Positions 46,585-56,066 of a DNA stretch of 63,760 bases are shown here, piece by piece (position 1 is the stretch's first letter; each line of letters starts with the position of its first letter). The stretch lies in assembly GCA_048621635.1 (NCBI GenBank), contig JBMCWH010000003.1, positions 1 to 63,760 on the forward strand. Direction: 5' to 3'. This DNA is from Patescibacteria group bacterium. GTDB lineage: Bacteria; Patescibacteriota; WWE3; JAUXAW01; JAYEID01. A model generated the notes under the pieces. That model ran no database searches, was not told the origin of the DNA, and saw nothing but the letters and a program-made list of their open reading frames with translations. A program made the translations under genes and the position numbers.

Positions 46585-47133
46585 ATGCGTGTTTTCTTAG
46601 CAATTCATTTACCAGTAGCAGTTAAAGAAAGCTTGGCCCAGATGCAAGCTTGTTTGGCAAGAGATCTCTCCGGTGTCCGTTGGGTTGATCCGGAAAAGAT
46701 GCATCTAACTTTGTTTTTTTGGGCTGATTTTCCTTGCGAAGCTGTTTCTAAGTTGAAGAAAGTAGTTTCCTCTGTAGCTATTGAAAAAGAACCTTTTGAA
46801 GTATCTTTGGGTTCTTGGGGGGTTTTTCCTCACAAGGAAAATCCCCGCGTGCTTTGGGTTGGGTTGCAGAAAGGTAAGGAGCAAATGCTGTTGTTTCACA
46901 AATCTTTGAAAAAGGAGTTGCTTTGTCTTGATATTGAGTTTGCGGATAAGCACTTTGTCCCGCATATAACTTTGGGGCGGGTAAAAAAGATTCAGTTGAA
47001 TAAGTGTAGTTCGCTTTTGGATGAGGCGATTAGTGAGGTGACCTTTTCCGTGAATTCGGTCTCTGCTGTGCACAGCGTACTGAAACCTAGCGGATCGGAA
47101 TATCGGCAGCTATTTGCTGTTTCTTTTACCTAA
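46585..47133 (+). CDS. thpR: RNA 2',3'-cyclic phosphodiesterase (2H family, ThpR/LigT)
   Basis: Two HxTx motifs: HLTL and HITL. Confidence 0.85.
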   Translation: MRVFLAIHLPVAVKESLAQMQACLARDLSGVRWVDPEKMHLTLFFWADFPCEAVSKLKKVVSSVAIEKEPFEVSLGSWGVFPHKENPRVLWVGLQKGKEQMLLFHKSLKKELLCLDIEFADKHFVPHITLGRVKKIQLNKCSSLLDEAISEVTFSVNSVSAVHSVLKPSGSEYRQLFAVSFT

Positions 47134-47192
47134 ATTATTTATTTGCATCTTGTTCTTAGGAAGGTTTTTCCTTAGAATCAAGGTGTGGGTCT

Positions 47193-48965
47193 ATGTTAAA
47201 CCTGTCTTTCTTGAGTAAAAAAGATTTAAGAAATATTTTCTCTGCTTGTAAGATTGTCTACCAAATTGATCCTCTTGCTGTTGCTGTTGAGTCTTCGATA
47301 TTTATTTCTAACGCCTTTCTGGTTATGTACAGAATTTCTCTTTTTGGTACTTTTTTAGATCACACTGTTGATTATATTGATTCTGTGGATAGTTTTGTGT
47401 TTGTTGAGTATATCTATTCTCCTTCTTTTTATTCTTTTGCTCAGCTTTTTGGTCTGTGGTTTATTACTTCCTTTTTAATGTCGTTAAAAAGATATTTTCA
47501 AAGTCGGCTTGAGATTAAATATAAGGAAGAGATGCCGGCCCGAGTCGTAGAAAAGATTGCAGATTTGAATATGGAAGATGTGGAAAGGAAGGAATTTAGG
47601 GATTTATTGTCTAATATAAATAATTACGCTTTTAGTCGTATATTAGACACCTATATGCGGGTTCGGCAATTTTTTCACCAGTTGGTAAAGATGGGAAGCG
47701 CTGCCTTTTTTGTATTTCGGATAAATCCCTGGTTACCTTTGGGGGCCTTTTTACTAGTACTTCCGGAGATTATTTACAAATTTCGTTCTAAGGTTGCAGA
47801 GCGGAAGTTTTTGGATGAGTCTGTTGAACGAAGGAAGTTGGCTGATTACATTTACCGGGAAGCGACGCGTTTGCGTAATTTTCCCGAGCTGAAAGTGGAT
47901 CGTGTTTTTGATTTTTTCCTTTCCATAAGGGAAAGTGTGACCCAGGAGCTTACCGAAGGTGTAGATAGTAGGCGTTATGACCAGTACGTGAAGAGTTTTG
48001 CCTTTTCTGTGTTTGACCAGTTCTTGTTTCGTGGTCTCTTGATCGCTTTGGTGGCAATGGCTGTGGTGCAGAATATAAGCGTAGGAATTTTTCAAGCTTT
48101 GTTTAACTATATGCGTAGTCTTTACTCCTCTTCTCTTGCTTTGTGGGACCGTCTTTCTTCTGTCGGAGACAACTCTCAATATATAGAAGATTACCTTAAC
48201 TTTATTGAATTTACAGGGTTTGGTGATGTCAGTACCGGTTATCTTCATTTGGATGCCGAGGATCCTAGTGTTAGTGTTCAAGACCTTACCTTTACTTATC
48301 AAGGGTGGAAAGAGCCTATATTTAAGGATATGAACTTTTTTATTGAGGGTGGGGGTAAAGCTGGTTTTGTAGGGGAAGATGGTGCAGGAGGTACTACTCT
48401 AGCTAAGCTTTTGTGTGGTCTGTATCGGATTAGAAAAGGAGATATTTTGTACGATGGTAAGTCTATTAAGGATTTGAAAAGAGGGGAATTGAAGGAGAAT
48501 ATAAGTGCTCATTTTGATGCCTTTGTTAAATATGACCTTAGTTTTTGCGAAAATATCGTTCTAAGTTCCTCTGGTACTTCTGGTTGGGATTTTGATCCCG
48601 ATCTTTACAAACAAGTTCTTTATGTTACTGGTTTGGACTCTTGGTTGGAGGAGACAGGTCTTGATGATTCGCAAAAATTAGGTAAAAGCTTAGGGCAGGG
48701 GGCAGAAATTTCCCAAGGTTATTGGCAAAGGATAGCGTTAGCTCGTACTCTTTATCGGAACAGTTCTGTGTTTATCTTGGATAACCCGTTAGCTTATGTG
48801 GATGCTTTTTCTCGCCGGGAAATTTACAAGCGCTTGTTGGCTTTTGTAGGGGACAGGACATTGCTGGTTATGTTGAACACTTTGGAGGTTGCTCGTTATT
48901 TTGACTATGCTTTTCTTCTAGAAAATAAGAAAGCTAAAGAGTTACAACTCGGATCTACGCAATGA
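47193..48965 (+). CDS. ABC exporter-type fused TMD-NBD protein with degenerate catalytic motifs
   Basis: TM domain plus NBD fold. However, Walker A reads GEDGAGGTT (Lys replaced), the signature reads ISQGYWQR (not LSGGQ), Walker B reads ILDNP (Glu to Asn), and no H-loop His is visible. Confidence 0.7.
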   Translation: MLNLSFLSKKDLRNIFSACKIVYQIDPLAVAVESSIFISNAFLVMYRISLFGTFLDHTVDYIDSVDSFVFVEYIYSPSFYSFAQLFGLWFITSFLMSLKRYFQSRLEIKYKEEMPARVVEKIADLNMEDVERKEFRDLLSNINNYAFSRILDTYMRVRQFFHQLVKMGSAAFFVFRINPWLPLGAFLLVLPEIIYKFRSKVAERKFLDESVERRKLADYIYREATRLRNFPELKVDRVFDFFLSIRESVTQELTEGVDSRRYDQYVKSFAFSVFDQFLFRGLLIALVAMAVVQNISVGIFQALFNYMRSLYSSSLALWDRLSSVGDNSQYIEDYLNFIEFTGFGDVSTGYLHLDAEDPSVSVQDLTFTYQGWKEPIFKDMNFFIEGGGKAGFVGEDGAGGTTLAKLLCGLYRIRKGDILYDGKSIKDLKRGELKENISAHFDAFVKYDLSFCENIVLSSSGTSGWDFDPDLYKQVLYVTGLDSWLEETGLDDSQKLGKSLGQGAEISQGYWQRIALARTLYRNSSVFILDNPLAYVDAFSRREIYKRLLAFVGDRTLLVMLNTLEVARYFDYAFLLENKKAKELQLGSTQ

Positions 48966-48983
48966 GAATGTTAAAATACTGAT

Positions 48984-50033
48984 ATGCAAGAACCTCGCTT
49001 TGAAATTACAAGCCAAATTTTAGAAAACGTGGGAAGGATTGATGCCGCTCGGGAGATGATTGAAAATGCTCCTCTAGTACCTCTTTGGGAAAGGAGATTT
49101 AAGAGAGAGGCTATTGAACGGACAGTACATTATGCCACTGCTTTGGAAGGTAATGCTTTGAATTATACAGAAGTTAAGGAAATACTAGACAAGGGTACAG
49201 AACATCGAGTGACCGCAGGGCAGCGAGATATTCAGGAAGTAATAAATTATCGTAAGGCAATAGAATATATAGATGAGCTGCTGGAGAAGGACGTGCAAAT
49301 AATTGATGAAGAAATTGTTAAACACTTAAATTCTCTTATAACAGACGGGCTTATTGATGAGGATTTGCGAGGTAAATATCGGGAAGTGCCCGCCATTAGT
49401 AGAAACATGCGAACTATGGAAAAGTCGCTTGATTGGCCAGACCCTCAGAGGGTTCCTTGGTTGATGGGGCAATTATTTGACTGGCTTTCCGGGAAAGGCC
49501 GGGAGGTTCACCCTATTTTGCGAGCGGGTGTCATCCATACTTGGCTGGTTTTAATTCATCCTTTTTCTGAGGGTAATGGAAGGACAGCACGAATTCTTTC
49601 CACCTTAAGTTTGTGTTTGGATGGCTATGATATTCGCCGGTTCTTTTGTCTTGAGGAATATTATGACCAAGATGCTGCGCGCTATTATCAGGCGATTCGG
49701 GCAGTTTTAGACTCGGATGGTAATTATACTGACTGGCTTGAGTATTTTACTACTGGCTTAGCTCTTGAATTTACTCGGGTGGAGAAGAGAGTTCTGGATC
49801 TTAGCCGTGATGCCAGCTTGAAATCTTCTGCAGGTCAGGTACGTCTTAATCCGCGACAGGAGAAGATAATTCTGTTTGTTAAAGACTACGGACAAATTAA
49901 AAATAGTGATTGGCAGGAACTTTTTCCTGATGTTTCTGACGATACGATTTTGCGGGATATCAAAGAGCTAGTAGAAAAGGGGGTTTTGGTAAAGAGAGGT
50001 AAGACTAAAGCTGCCCGCTATGAGTTTCCCTGA
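48984..50033 (+). CDS. Fic family protein (Fic_N, Fic core and a C-terminal winged helix)
   Basis: Core motif HPFSEGNGRTAR, an N-terminal ALEGN helix, and a C-terminal DILRDIKELVEKGVL. Confidence 0.9.
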   Translation: MQEPRFEITSQILENVGRIDAAREMIENAPLVPLWERRFKREAIERTVHYATALEGNALNYTEVKEILDKGTEHRVTAGQRDIQEVINYRKAIEYIDELLEKDVQIIDEEIVKHLNSLITDGLIDEDLRGKYREVPAISRNMRTMEKSLDWPDPQRVPWLMGQLFDWLSGKGREVHPILRAGVIHTWLVLIHPFSEGNGRTARILSTLSLCLDGYDIRRFFCLEEYYDQDAARYYQAIRAVLDSDGNYTDWLEYFTTGLALEFTRVEKRVLDLSRDASLKSSAGQVRLNPRQEKIILFVKDYGQIKNSDWQELFPDVSDDTILRDIKELVEKGVLVKRGKTKAARYEFP

Positions 50034-50123
50034 ATTTGTACAAAAGCTCCTATCAGTTCCTGTCCTGTTTTTCATGGTCGGATATGTGCGAATCGTATTG
50101 TAAAAAGTCTCTACCTTTTTGAC

Positions 50124-50286
50124 AGAAGACGGTGGGCCGTTCCCAAAAACGTTCGCCTTGGTTAGTATCTGCCGGAATTTATTTTTTTAGGCTCACTCAG
50201 CGAAAAATTTACATCTAGGTTGGCTTTTGTTGACACTTACAGAAAGTAAATTTTTCGGTGTTTTGGTTAATGATCCACCGTCTTCT
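50124..50286. promoter_or_regulatory. Nested perfect inverted repeats in the Fic-ligase intergenic region
   Basis: The outer 12-bp inverted repeat is AGAAGACGGTGG (50124-50135) / CCACCGTCTTCT (50275-50286). The inner 12-bp inverted repeat is CGAAAAATTTAC (50201-50212) / GTAAATTTTTCG (50246-50257). Confidence 0.6.
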
Positions 50287-50320
50287 ATTTGACATGTTGG
50301 GGTTAGGTTAGCAGTTGCTT

Positions 50321-52090
50321 ATGAAGTTTTCTACTTTATCTACGTACTTGCAAAAAATTGAAAATACTTCTGCCACTTCGGAAGAGATTAAATTGTTGTC
50401 CAAACTATTTTTAAAGGCCTCAATTAGAGAAGCTGGTAAGATTGGTTATCTTGTCTTAGGGCGGTTAGGACCTCTTTACAGCAATCCTGGTTTTGGTTTG
50501 GGGGAAAAGTTGATGATTAGGGTTATCGCTATCGCTTTTGAAGAAGAAAAGGACATCGTCGGGGAGAAATTTGAGGATTTGGGGGATTTAGGGGAAGTTG
50601 TCCAGGAATTAGCAAAAAATAATCAGGAGAAGAATTTGGGTATTTTGGATGTATATGAGAAACTCTTAGCTATTGCGAAGTTGGAAGGATCTGGGTCTCA
50701 AAAGAAAAAAGTAGAAAGATTTTCCTCTTTGTTACAATCTTTAGACCCACTTTCGAGTAAATACGCTGTTCGAATTGTCCTGGGAAGTTTGCGGTTGGGT
50801 GTAGCGGAAAAAACCTTGTTAGCAGCACTTTCCTGGTTGGAAAAGGAGGATAAATCTTTGTTGAAGGATTTGGAGAAGATTTATTTTGTACATCCGGATG
50901 TTGGTGAAATTATTACTAAGTTTAAAGAGGGAAGTGTGGAAGCACTTTCTGACTCGGAGATGGAAATTGGTATACCTGTACGGTTAGCTTTGTGCCAACG
51001 GGAAGAAAAAACAGAAAAGATTGTGAAGAGGATGGAGGGGAAAGCTGCTGCTGAGTATAAACTGGACGGCACCCGCTTACAACTTCATTTGGATAAGGGC
51101 AAGGAACCTCGTTCAGTTAAAGATGCTCAACGACGGGAAATTGATTTTTTTGTGGCCACCTATACTCGTAATTTGGAAGAAACCACGACTATGTTCCCAG
51201 ATATTGTTCAAGGTGTGATAGAACAGCTGGATGTACAGTCAGCTATCTTAGATGGTGAAGTGATTGGCTACGACCCAGAAACGGAAGAATTTTTGCCTTT
51301 TCAGGTAACTGCTCAGCGAAAAAGGAAATATGGTGTTGCAGAAAAGGCAGAGGAGGTGCCTTTGAAATTTTTTGTTTTTGATCTTCTTTATTTGGATGGG
51401 GAGAACCTTCTTTCCAAACCCCTTTCGGAGAGAAGAGCTTTGTTGGAATCTGTAATTAGAAAAGGGGAGAAGATTATACCAATTGAGCAAAAGATAGTGA
51501 AAAGTGCTGACCAATTGGCAAATACTTTTGATGAAGCTGTTAACAAAGGTTTGGAGGGATTAGTAGTTAAGGATTTGGATGCTTGTTATCAGGCTGGTTC
51601 TCGCGGATATTCTTGGATTAAGTATAAGCATCAGGAAGGAGAGTTGTCGGATACATTGGATTGTGTGGTTCTAGGGTATTATGCGGGACAAGGAAAGCGA
51701 GCAGAATTGGGAATTGGTGCCTTTCTAGTAGGAGTTTACAACCAAGAGAGGAATCGTTTCGAAACTGTTGCCAAGATTGGAACTGGACTTACAGATGAGC
51801 AGTGGGAGGAGATGCGAAGACGTTGTGATGATTTGACCGTGGAAAAGCAGCCGGCTAATGTTTTTTTGCAATCTGATTTATATCCGGATACATGGGTTAG
51901 ACCGGAAATGGTTGTGGAAATTTTTGCTGACGAAATTACCCAGAGTCCTGTACATACTGCTGGTGCAGGGGAGACTGGTGCTGGATATGCGCTAAGATTT
52001 CCTCGTCTTATTAGTTGGAGGGATGACAAAAACGCGCAGGATGCGACCACAGCTGACGAAATAATTGACCTCTATGAGATGCAGAAATGA
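50321..52090 (+). CDS. lig: ATP-dependent DNA ligase (Lig1/archaeal-like, three-domain)
   Basis: Adenylation motif I AEYKLDGTRLQ, motifs EGLVVK and WIKYK, an N-terminal DNA-binding domain and a C-terminal OB domain. Confidence 0.9.
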   Translation: MKFSTLSTYLQKIENTSATSEEIKLLSKLFLKASIREAGKIGYLVLGRLGPLYSNPGFGLGEKLMIRVIAIAFEEEKDIVGEKFEDLGDLGEVVQELAKNNQEKNLGILDVYEKLLAIAKLEGSGSQKKKVERFSSLLQSLDPLSSKYAVRIVLGSLRLGVAEKTLLAALSWLEKEDKSLLKDLEKIYFVHPDVGEIITKFKEGSVEALSDSEMEIGIPVRLALCQREEKTEKIVKRMEGKAAAEYKLDGTRLQLHLDKGKEPRSVKDAQRREIDFFVATYTRNLEETTTMFPDIVQGVIEQLDVQSAILDGEVIGYDPETEEFLPFQVTAQRKRKYGVAEKAEEVPLKFFVFDLLYLDGENLLSKPLSERRALLESVIRKGEKIIPIEQKIVKSADQLANTFDEAVNKGLEGLVVKDLDACYQAGSRGYSWIKYKHQEGELSDTLDCVVLGYYAGQGKRAELGIGAFLVGVYNQERNRFETVAKIGTGLTDEQWEEMRRRCDDLTVEKQPANVFLQSDLYPDTWVRPEMVVEIFADEITQSPVHTAGAGETGAGYALRFPRLISWRDDKNAQDATTADEIIDLYEMQK

Positions 52091-52333
52091 TTTGCTCGCG
52101 GTCAAATAAGGGTATGACAGTGAGGCTGTGTATGTAATTCGGTATGCGATTCTTGGTATACGGTGACAGACGATATCGGTTATATCAAATACTAGTTTCC
52201 AGTTTCTAGTCTCTAATTTCCGGTTTTTTTTTCTTTTGTATACTGTTGACAGTTTGGCTCTTTCTCGTTACTCTGAGGGTGTACTAGAGATAAATTTTTT
52301 TGGATTAATTTTTTGAAGGGAGGTGAATAACTG

Positions 52334-52750
52334 ATGCCTGAAGAATATGAAACAACTTCGGAAGAGGGAACAGCGCAGGTGGAGAGTTCTGTGTCTGGAC
52401 AGCCAAGTTCAGGAAGTGTGTCTGGTGGTGGAACTGGTTTAGATTCTAATGTTGCTGGGGCACTTTGTTACGCTTTAGGTTTGATTACTGGTATTATTTT
52501 CTTGGTGATGGAGAAAGAAGATGACTTTGTTCGGTTTCATGCTATGCAGTCAATAGTTGTCTCTGTTGCCCTGCTGTTGGTGAGCGTTGTGTTAGGTATT
52601 GTTCCTATCCTCGGTTGGATTTTGGCTTTTTTGATCAATATTGGTTCTCTTATTCTCTGGCTACTTTTGATGTACAAAGCTTATCAAGGTGAAGAATGGG
52701 AAGTGCCAGTTTTAGGTAAGATTGCTCGTGAGCAGATGAACAAGGTTTGA
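52334..52750 (+). CDS. DUF4870-like membrane protein
   Basis: NVAGALCYALGLITGIIFLV.EK.D.FVRFHAMQS pattern and 3 TM helices. Confidence 0.65.
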   Translation: MPEEYETTSEEGTAQVESSVSGQPSSGSVSGGGTGLDSNVAGALCYALGLITGIIFLVMEKEDDFVRFHAMQSIVVSVALLLVSVVLGIVPILGWILAFLINIGSLILWLLLMYKAYQGEEWEVPVLGKIAREQMNKV

Positions 52751-52780
52751 ATTAGGTTTGGTTGAGATCAATTAAAAGGG

Positions 52781-52812
52781 GACAGCTTTAATTAGCTGTC
52801 TTCTTTTTTTTG
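52781..52812 (+). terminator. Rho-independent terminator
   Basis: GACAGCT-ttaatt-AGCTGTC followed by TTCTTTTTTTTG. Confidence 0.7.
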
Positions 52813-52861
52813 TTAGGGTTATGTGGTTGTTTTGGCTTGGGGGAGATGCTATCCTAACCGT

Positions 52862-53269
52862 ATGTTCTTTGTTCTGGACAGTTTTTGGAAATTTCTTCCT
52901 TTTTTGTATTTTTTGTTGGGAGGGGTTTTGGGTATGTACGTGTTTAAGGTGTGTGTACTAATGAATGTTTCTGCTGCCTTTCGTAATTTTGTTACTTACA
53001 TTGCTGCGGTTATTTTGCACTTTTATGTTATTTTTAGCACACCTTCTGTATTTGCAGCTAGTTTTCTCTCTGCTCTTGTTTTAAGTATGTTAATTAGACA
53101 GTATAAAGCCCATAAAAACGACAATCTTCAACAGTGGTTTTGGGCAGTAGGCCGGGAACCTGAACAGCCTTATTTGCTTTTCTATTATTTGGTTAGTGGC
53201 ACTATTTATGTATATTCACTAGTAATCTTTTTATTAACCTTTTTTAGCGGAGGGATGCGCAGTTTTTGA
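52862..53269 (+). CDS. Hypothetical 4-TM membrane protein
   Basis: Hydrophobic ORF. The ATG at 52862 lies inside the tracked ORF (GTG at 52823). The stop overlaps the fba start. Confidence 0.4.
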   Translation: MFFVLDSFWKFLPFLYFLLGGVLGMYVFKVCVLMNVSAAFRNFVTYIAAVILHFYVIFSTPSVFAASFLSALVLSMLIRQYKAHKNDNLQQWFWAVGREPEQPYLLFYYLVSGTIYVYSLVIFLLTFFSGGMRSF

Positions 53270-54165
53270 TGTCTTTGAGAACCACTTTTAAAAAATATAG
53301 GAAACAATCAGCTTCTTTGGGTGCTTTCAATCTGTCCACTGTTTCCCAGTTAAAAGCTGCGGTTGCTGCTGCCTGTGATTTACAAACCCCCTTAATTTTG
53401 GAACTTTCTCCTGGCGAAGCGGGGTTTTTTGGAATAGAAACTTTGGCAGGAATTCGAGATTCTCTAGTGGAAATAAGAGCTGAATTTTGTTCAACAGTTC
53501 GGATAGGTGATGCTGATCTTCCAAATATATATCTTAATTTAGACCACGCTGAGAGTATCAATACTATAAAAAGGGCTTTAGAAGCCGGTTTTGATATGGT
53601 TCACTTTGACGGTTCGGAACTTCCTTTTGAAGAAAATATTGCTAAATCCAAGAGCGTGGTTGAGATAGCCCGGAAATATAATGCTTTGGTGGAGGGGGAA
53701 ATTGATCAAGCCGGAGGGCACTCTACTGTGAAAAGTGAAGTAGGGAAGAAGGTGATGACTGATCCGAAGAAAGCGGCGGACTTTGTCTCCAAAACAGGTG
53801 TAGATATTCTTGCTTGTTTCTTTGGCAACCTTCACGGCGTCTATTCCAAGGAACTAGAGCTTGATTTTAACCATTTCCAGAAAATTAAAATGTCTATTGA
53901 ATCTGCTTGCCCTGGGCGGAGTCGAAGAGTGTTCTTTTCTCTGCACGGAGGATCCGGTGTAAGGGCAGGCGATTTATCGAAGGCCGCAGGACAAGGTATT
54001 GCAAAGATGAATTTTAATACCGAGCTTCGCCAAGCTTGGGCCAGTTCCCTACGAGAATCATTGGCGAAAAAAAAGGGTGAAATTGTGCCGTACAAAGTTT
54101 TGCCACCAGTAATTGGATCAGTCCGAGAAGTTGTAGAAGAGAAATTGCGGCTTATTAGTAAATAA
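53266..54165 (+). CDS. fba: Class II fructose/tagatose-bisphosphate aldolase
   Basis: Contains NLDHA, HFDGS and LHGGSG. Confidence 0.8.
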   Translation: MMSLRTTFKKYRKQSASLGAFNLSTVSQLKAAVAAACDLQTPLILELSPGEAGFFGIETLAGIRDSLVEIRAEFCSTVRIGDADLPNIYLNLDHAESINTIKRALEAGFDMVHFDGSELPFEENIAKSKSVVEIARKYNALVEGEIDQAGGHSTVKSEVGKKVMTDPKKAADFVSKTGVDILACFFGNLHGVYSKELELDFNHFQKIKMSIESACPGRSRRVFFSLHGGSGVRAGDLSKAAGQGIAKMNFNTELRQAWASSLRESLAKKKGEIVPYKVLPPVIGSVREVVEEKLRLISK

Positions 54166-54252
54166 TGAATTTTCCGCGTTCCGCTAACCGTAAACCGCTT
54201 TCGGAAGAAGCGGAGGGCGGGTTCGCGGTGTGCTGATCGCTGAGATTTAATT

Positions 54253-55218
54253 ATGTTTGACATAATAACTGTTGGTCACTCTACAATAGATTACTTTCTT
54301 AAACTTCGTGAAGCTGATGTGCACTTACATGAAGATGGTGATTCTTTGCTTTGTGTGGATTTTGCCGACAAGATTCCGTTGGAGAGTTTTGAAGAATATG
54401 TAGGAGGTAATGCTACCAATACTGCGGTGGGCTGTGCCCGCTTAGGGTTGGATACAGCGATTGTTTCCTGGATAGGTAAGGATTTGGAAGGAGAATTTGT
54501 TTTGAAAACATTAAAAGAAGAAGGGGTAGACTCTATGTGGATTCGTATTTCTGAGGAGGATTCTACAGACCAATCTGTTATTTTGAACTTTCAGGGTGAG
54601 CGGACAATTTTTTCTTACCATCCTTCCAGAACTCCCCATTTGCCGGAAAATGTTCCCGAGACTAAGTATGTTTATCTTACCTCTTCTGGCGTAGACTTCC
54701 AGGAATTACATGTGCAGGTTGCTCATTATGTTGGGCAGGTAGGAGCAAAGCTTGCTTATAACCCGGGGACGCATGAACTAGAGGCAGGGGTGGAAAAAAA
54801 CCGCGCGGTTTTAGAATGTTGTCAAGTGCTAATTCTTAACAGTGAAGAGGCAGGGGAATTGGCAAGAGGAAAGTTTGTGGATTTTGAAGAAGATAAACGA
54901 GCTCAACAGATAGGGGAGCTTATGCAAGAGCTGCGGGACGCAGGACCTGAGATAGTTGCAGTTACAGATGGGGGGCTCGGTTCTTATGTTTTTGATGGTA
55001 AGAATATTATTTTTGTTCCGCCAGTGGAAACTGAGGTAGTAGAGATGACAGGGGCAGGGGACAGTTTTTCGGCCGGGTTTCTTTCTGCGCTTGTGCGGGG
55101 AAAAGATTTAAAGACAGCGCTTAAGTGGGGGAACACTAATGCAACCTCCGTAATTTCTCAAGTTGGTTCCCAGGCAGGTCTTTTGAGTAGGGAAGATTTA
55201 AGAAGCCGGGATTTGTAA
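54253..55218 (+). CDS. PfkB-family carbohydrate kinase
   Basis: GGNATNTA and the C-terminal TGAGDSFSAGF motif. Confidence 0.85.
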   Translation: MFDIITVGHSTIDYFLKLREADVHLHEDGDSLLCVDFADKIPLESFEEYVGGNATNTAVGCARLGLDTAIVSWIGKDLEGEFVLKTLKEEGVDSMWIRISEEDSTDQSVILNFQGERTIFSYHPSRTPHLPENVPETKYVYLTSSGVDFQELHVQVAHYVGQVGAKLAYNPGTHELEAGVEKNRAVLECCQVLILNSEEAGELARGKFVDFEEDKRAQQIGELMQELRDAGPEIVAVTDGGLGSYVFDGKNIIFVPPVETEVVEMTGAGDSFSAGFLSALVRGKDLKTALKWGNTNATSVISQVGSQAGLLSREDLRSRDL

Positions 55219-55272
55219 TTTGAGGTTGGAAAGCAGTAACACTTTGCCTTACGTTGATGTTATCATCCAAAT

Positions 55273-56004
55273 ATGAAAACACTAGGAATTGATGAGGCAG
55301 GGAGAGGTTGTGCAATTGGTCCCATGGCAGTTGGGGGTGTGCTGGTTAGAGATGGGGATTTAGAATCTCTAAAAAGTTTGGGGGTTAAAGATTCGAAGCA
55401 TCTTTCTCCGGGAAAACGTGAAGAACTTTTTCCCCAGATTAAAGAAAAAGCTCTTTTTTATGAAGTAAAGTTTATCTCTCCTTCTGATATTGATGAGAGT
55501 AATTTAAATCAGATTGATCTTCAGGAAATTATTTCTTTTGTTGCAAAACTAAACCCCAACAAGGTTATTTTTGATGTTCCTACTAACCCTTCCGGTGTAG
55601 AGAATTTTGTTAAAGCAGTAAGGTTGGGTTTAGGGGAATCTGTCGATTCCTTATTAAAATCTGTCCAAGGAAAAACTTCGGAGGTTGGATCTACAGAAAC
55701 CTCCGAGGTTGAGGAATTGGGCAGGGAGAGAAGTAACCAACCGGAGCTAATCGGAGAAAACAAAGCGGATGAAAATTATCCCATTGTTTCTGCCGCCTCT
55801 GTTTTGGCAAAAGTAGCGCGTGATCAGGTTATTGAAGAGCTGCATAAACAGTATGGAGATTTTGGTTCAGGGTATATGAGTGATGAGAAAACACAGGTGT
55901 TTTTAAGGGACTGCTTTGCAAAGAATGGAGATTTCCCTCCTATTATTCGCCGCAAATGGAGCTCAGTACAAGGATTTTTACAAAAGCAGAGGAAACTTAT
56001 CTGA
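55273..56004 (+). CDS. rnhB: Ribonuclease HII (with an extra ~25-aa Ser/Glu-rich segment)
   Basis: GIDEAGRGCAIGPM, KDSK and VSAASVLAKVARD. There is an extra segment, KTSEVGSTETSEVEELGRE. Confidence 0.85.
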   Translation: MKTLGIDEAGRGCAIGPMAVGGVLVRDGDLESLKSLGVKDSKHLSPGKREELFPQIKEKALFYEVKFISPSDIDESNLNQIDLQEIISFVAKLNPNKVIFDVPTNPSGVENFVKAVRLGLGESVDSLLKSVQGKTSEVGSTETSEVEELGRERSNQPELIGENKADENYPIVSAASVLAKVARDQVIEELHKQYGDFGSGYMSDEKTQVFLRDCFAKNGDFPPIIRRKWSSVQGFLQKQRKLI

Positions 56005-56066
56005 TTTTGTATATTCCTTCCTACTTGTGATCTTATCCCAATTCTATTTGTTATAATATTTTATAG

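Noticed and set aside
45337-52090. RecF, 2H phosphoesterase, degenerate ABC protein, Fic and ATP-dependent ligase as a single defence island
   Set aside because: The genes have individual housekeeping or repair explanations and are separated by repeat-filled gaps. No recognised defence-system signature is evident (nuclease/helicase/methylase pairs or TA organisation). The proteins are noted individually instead.
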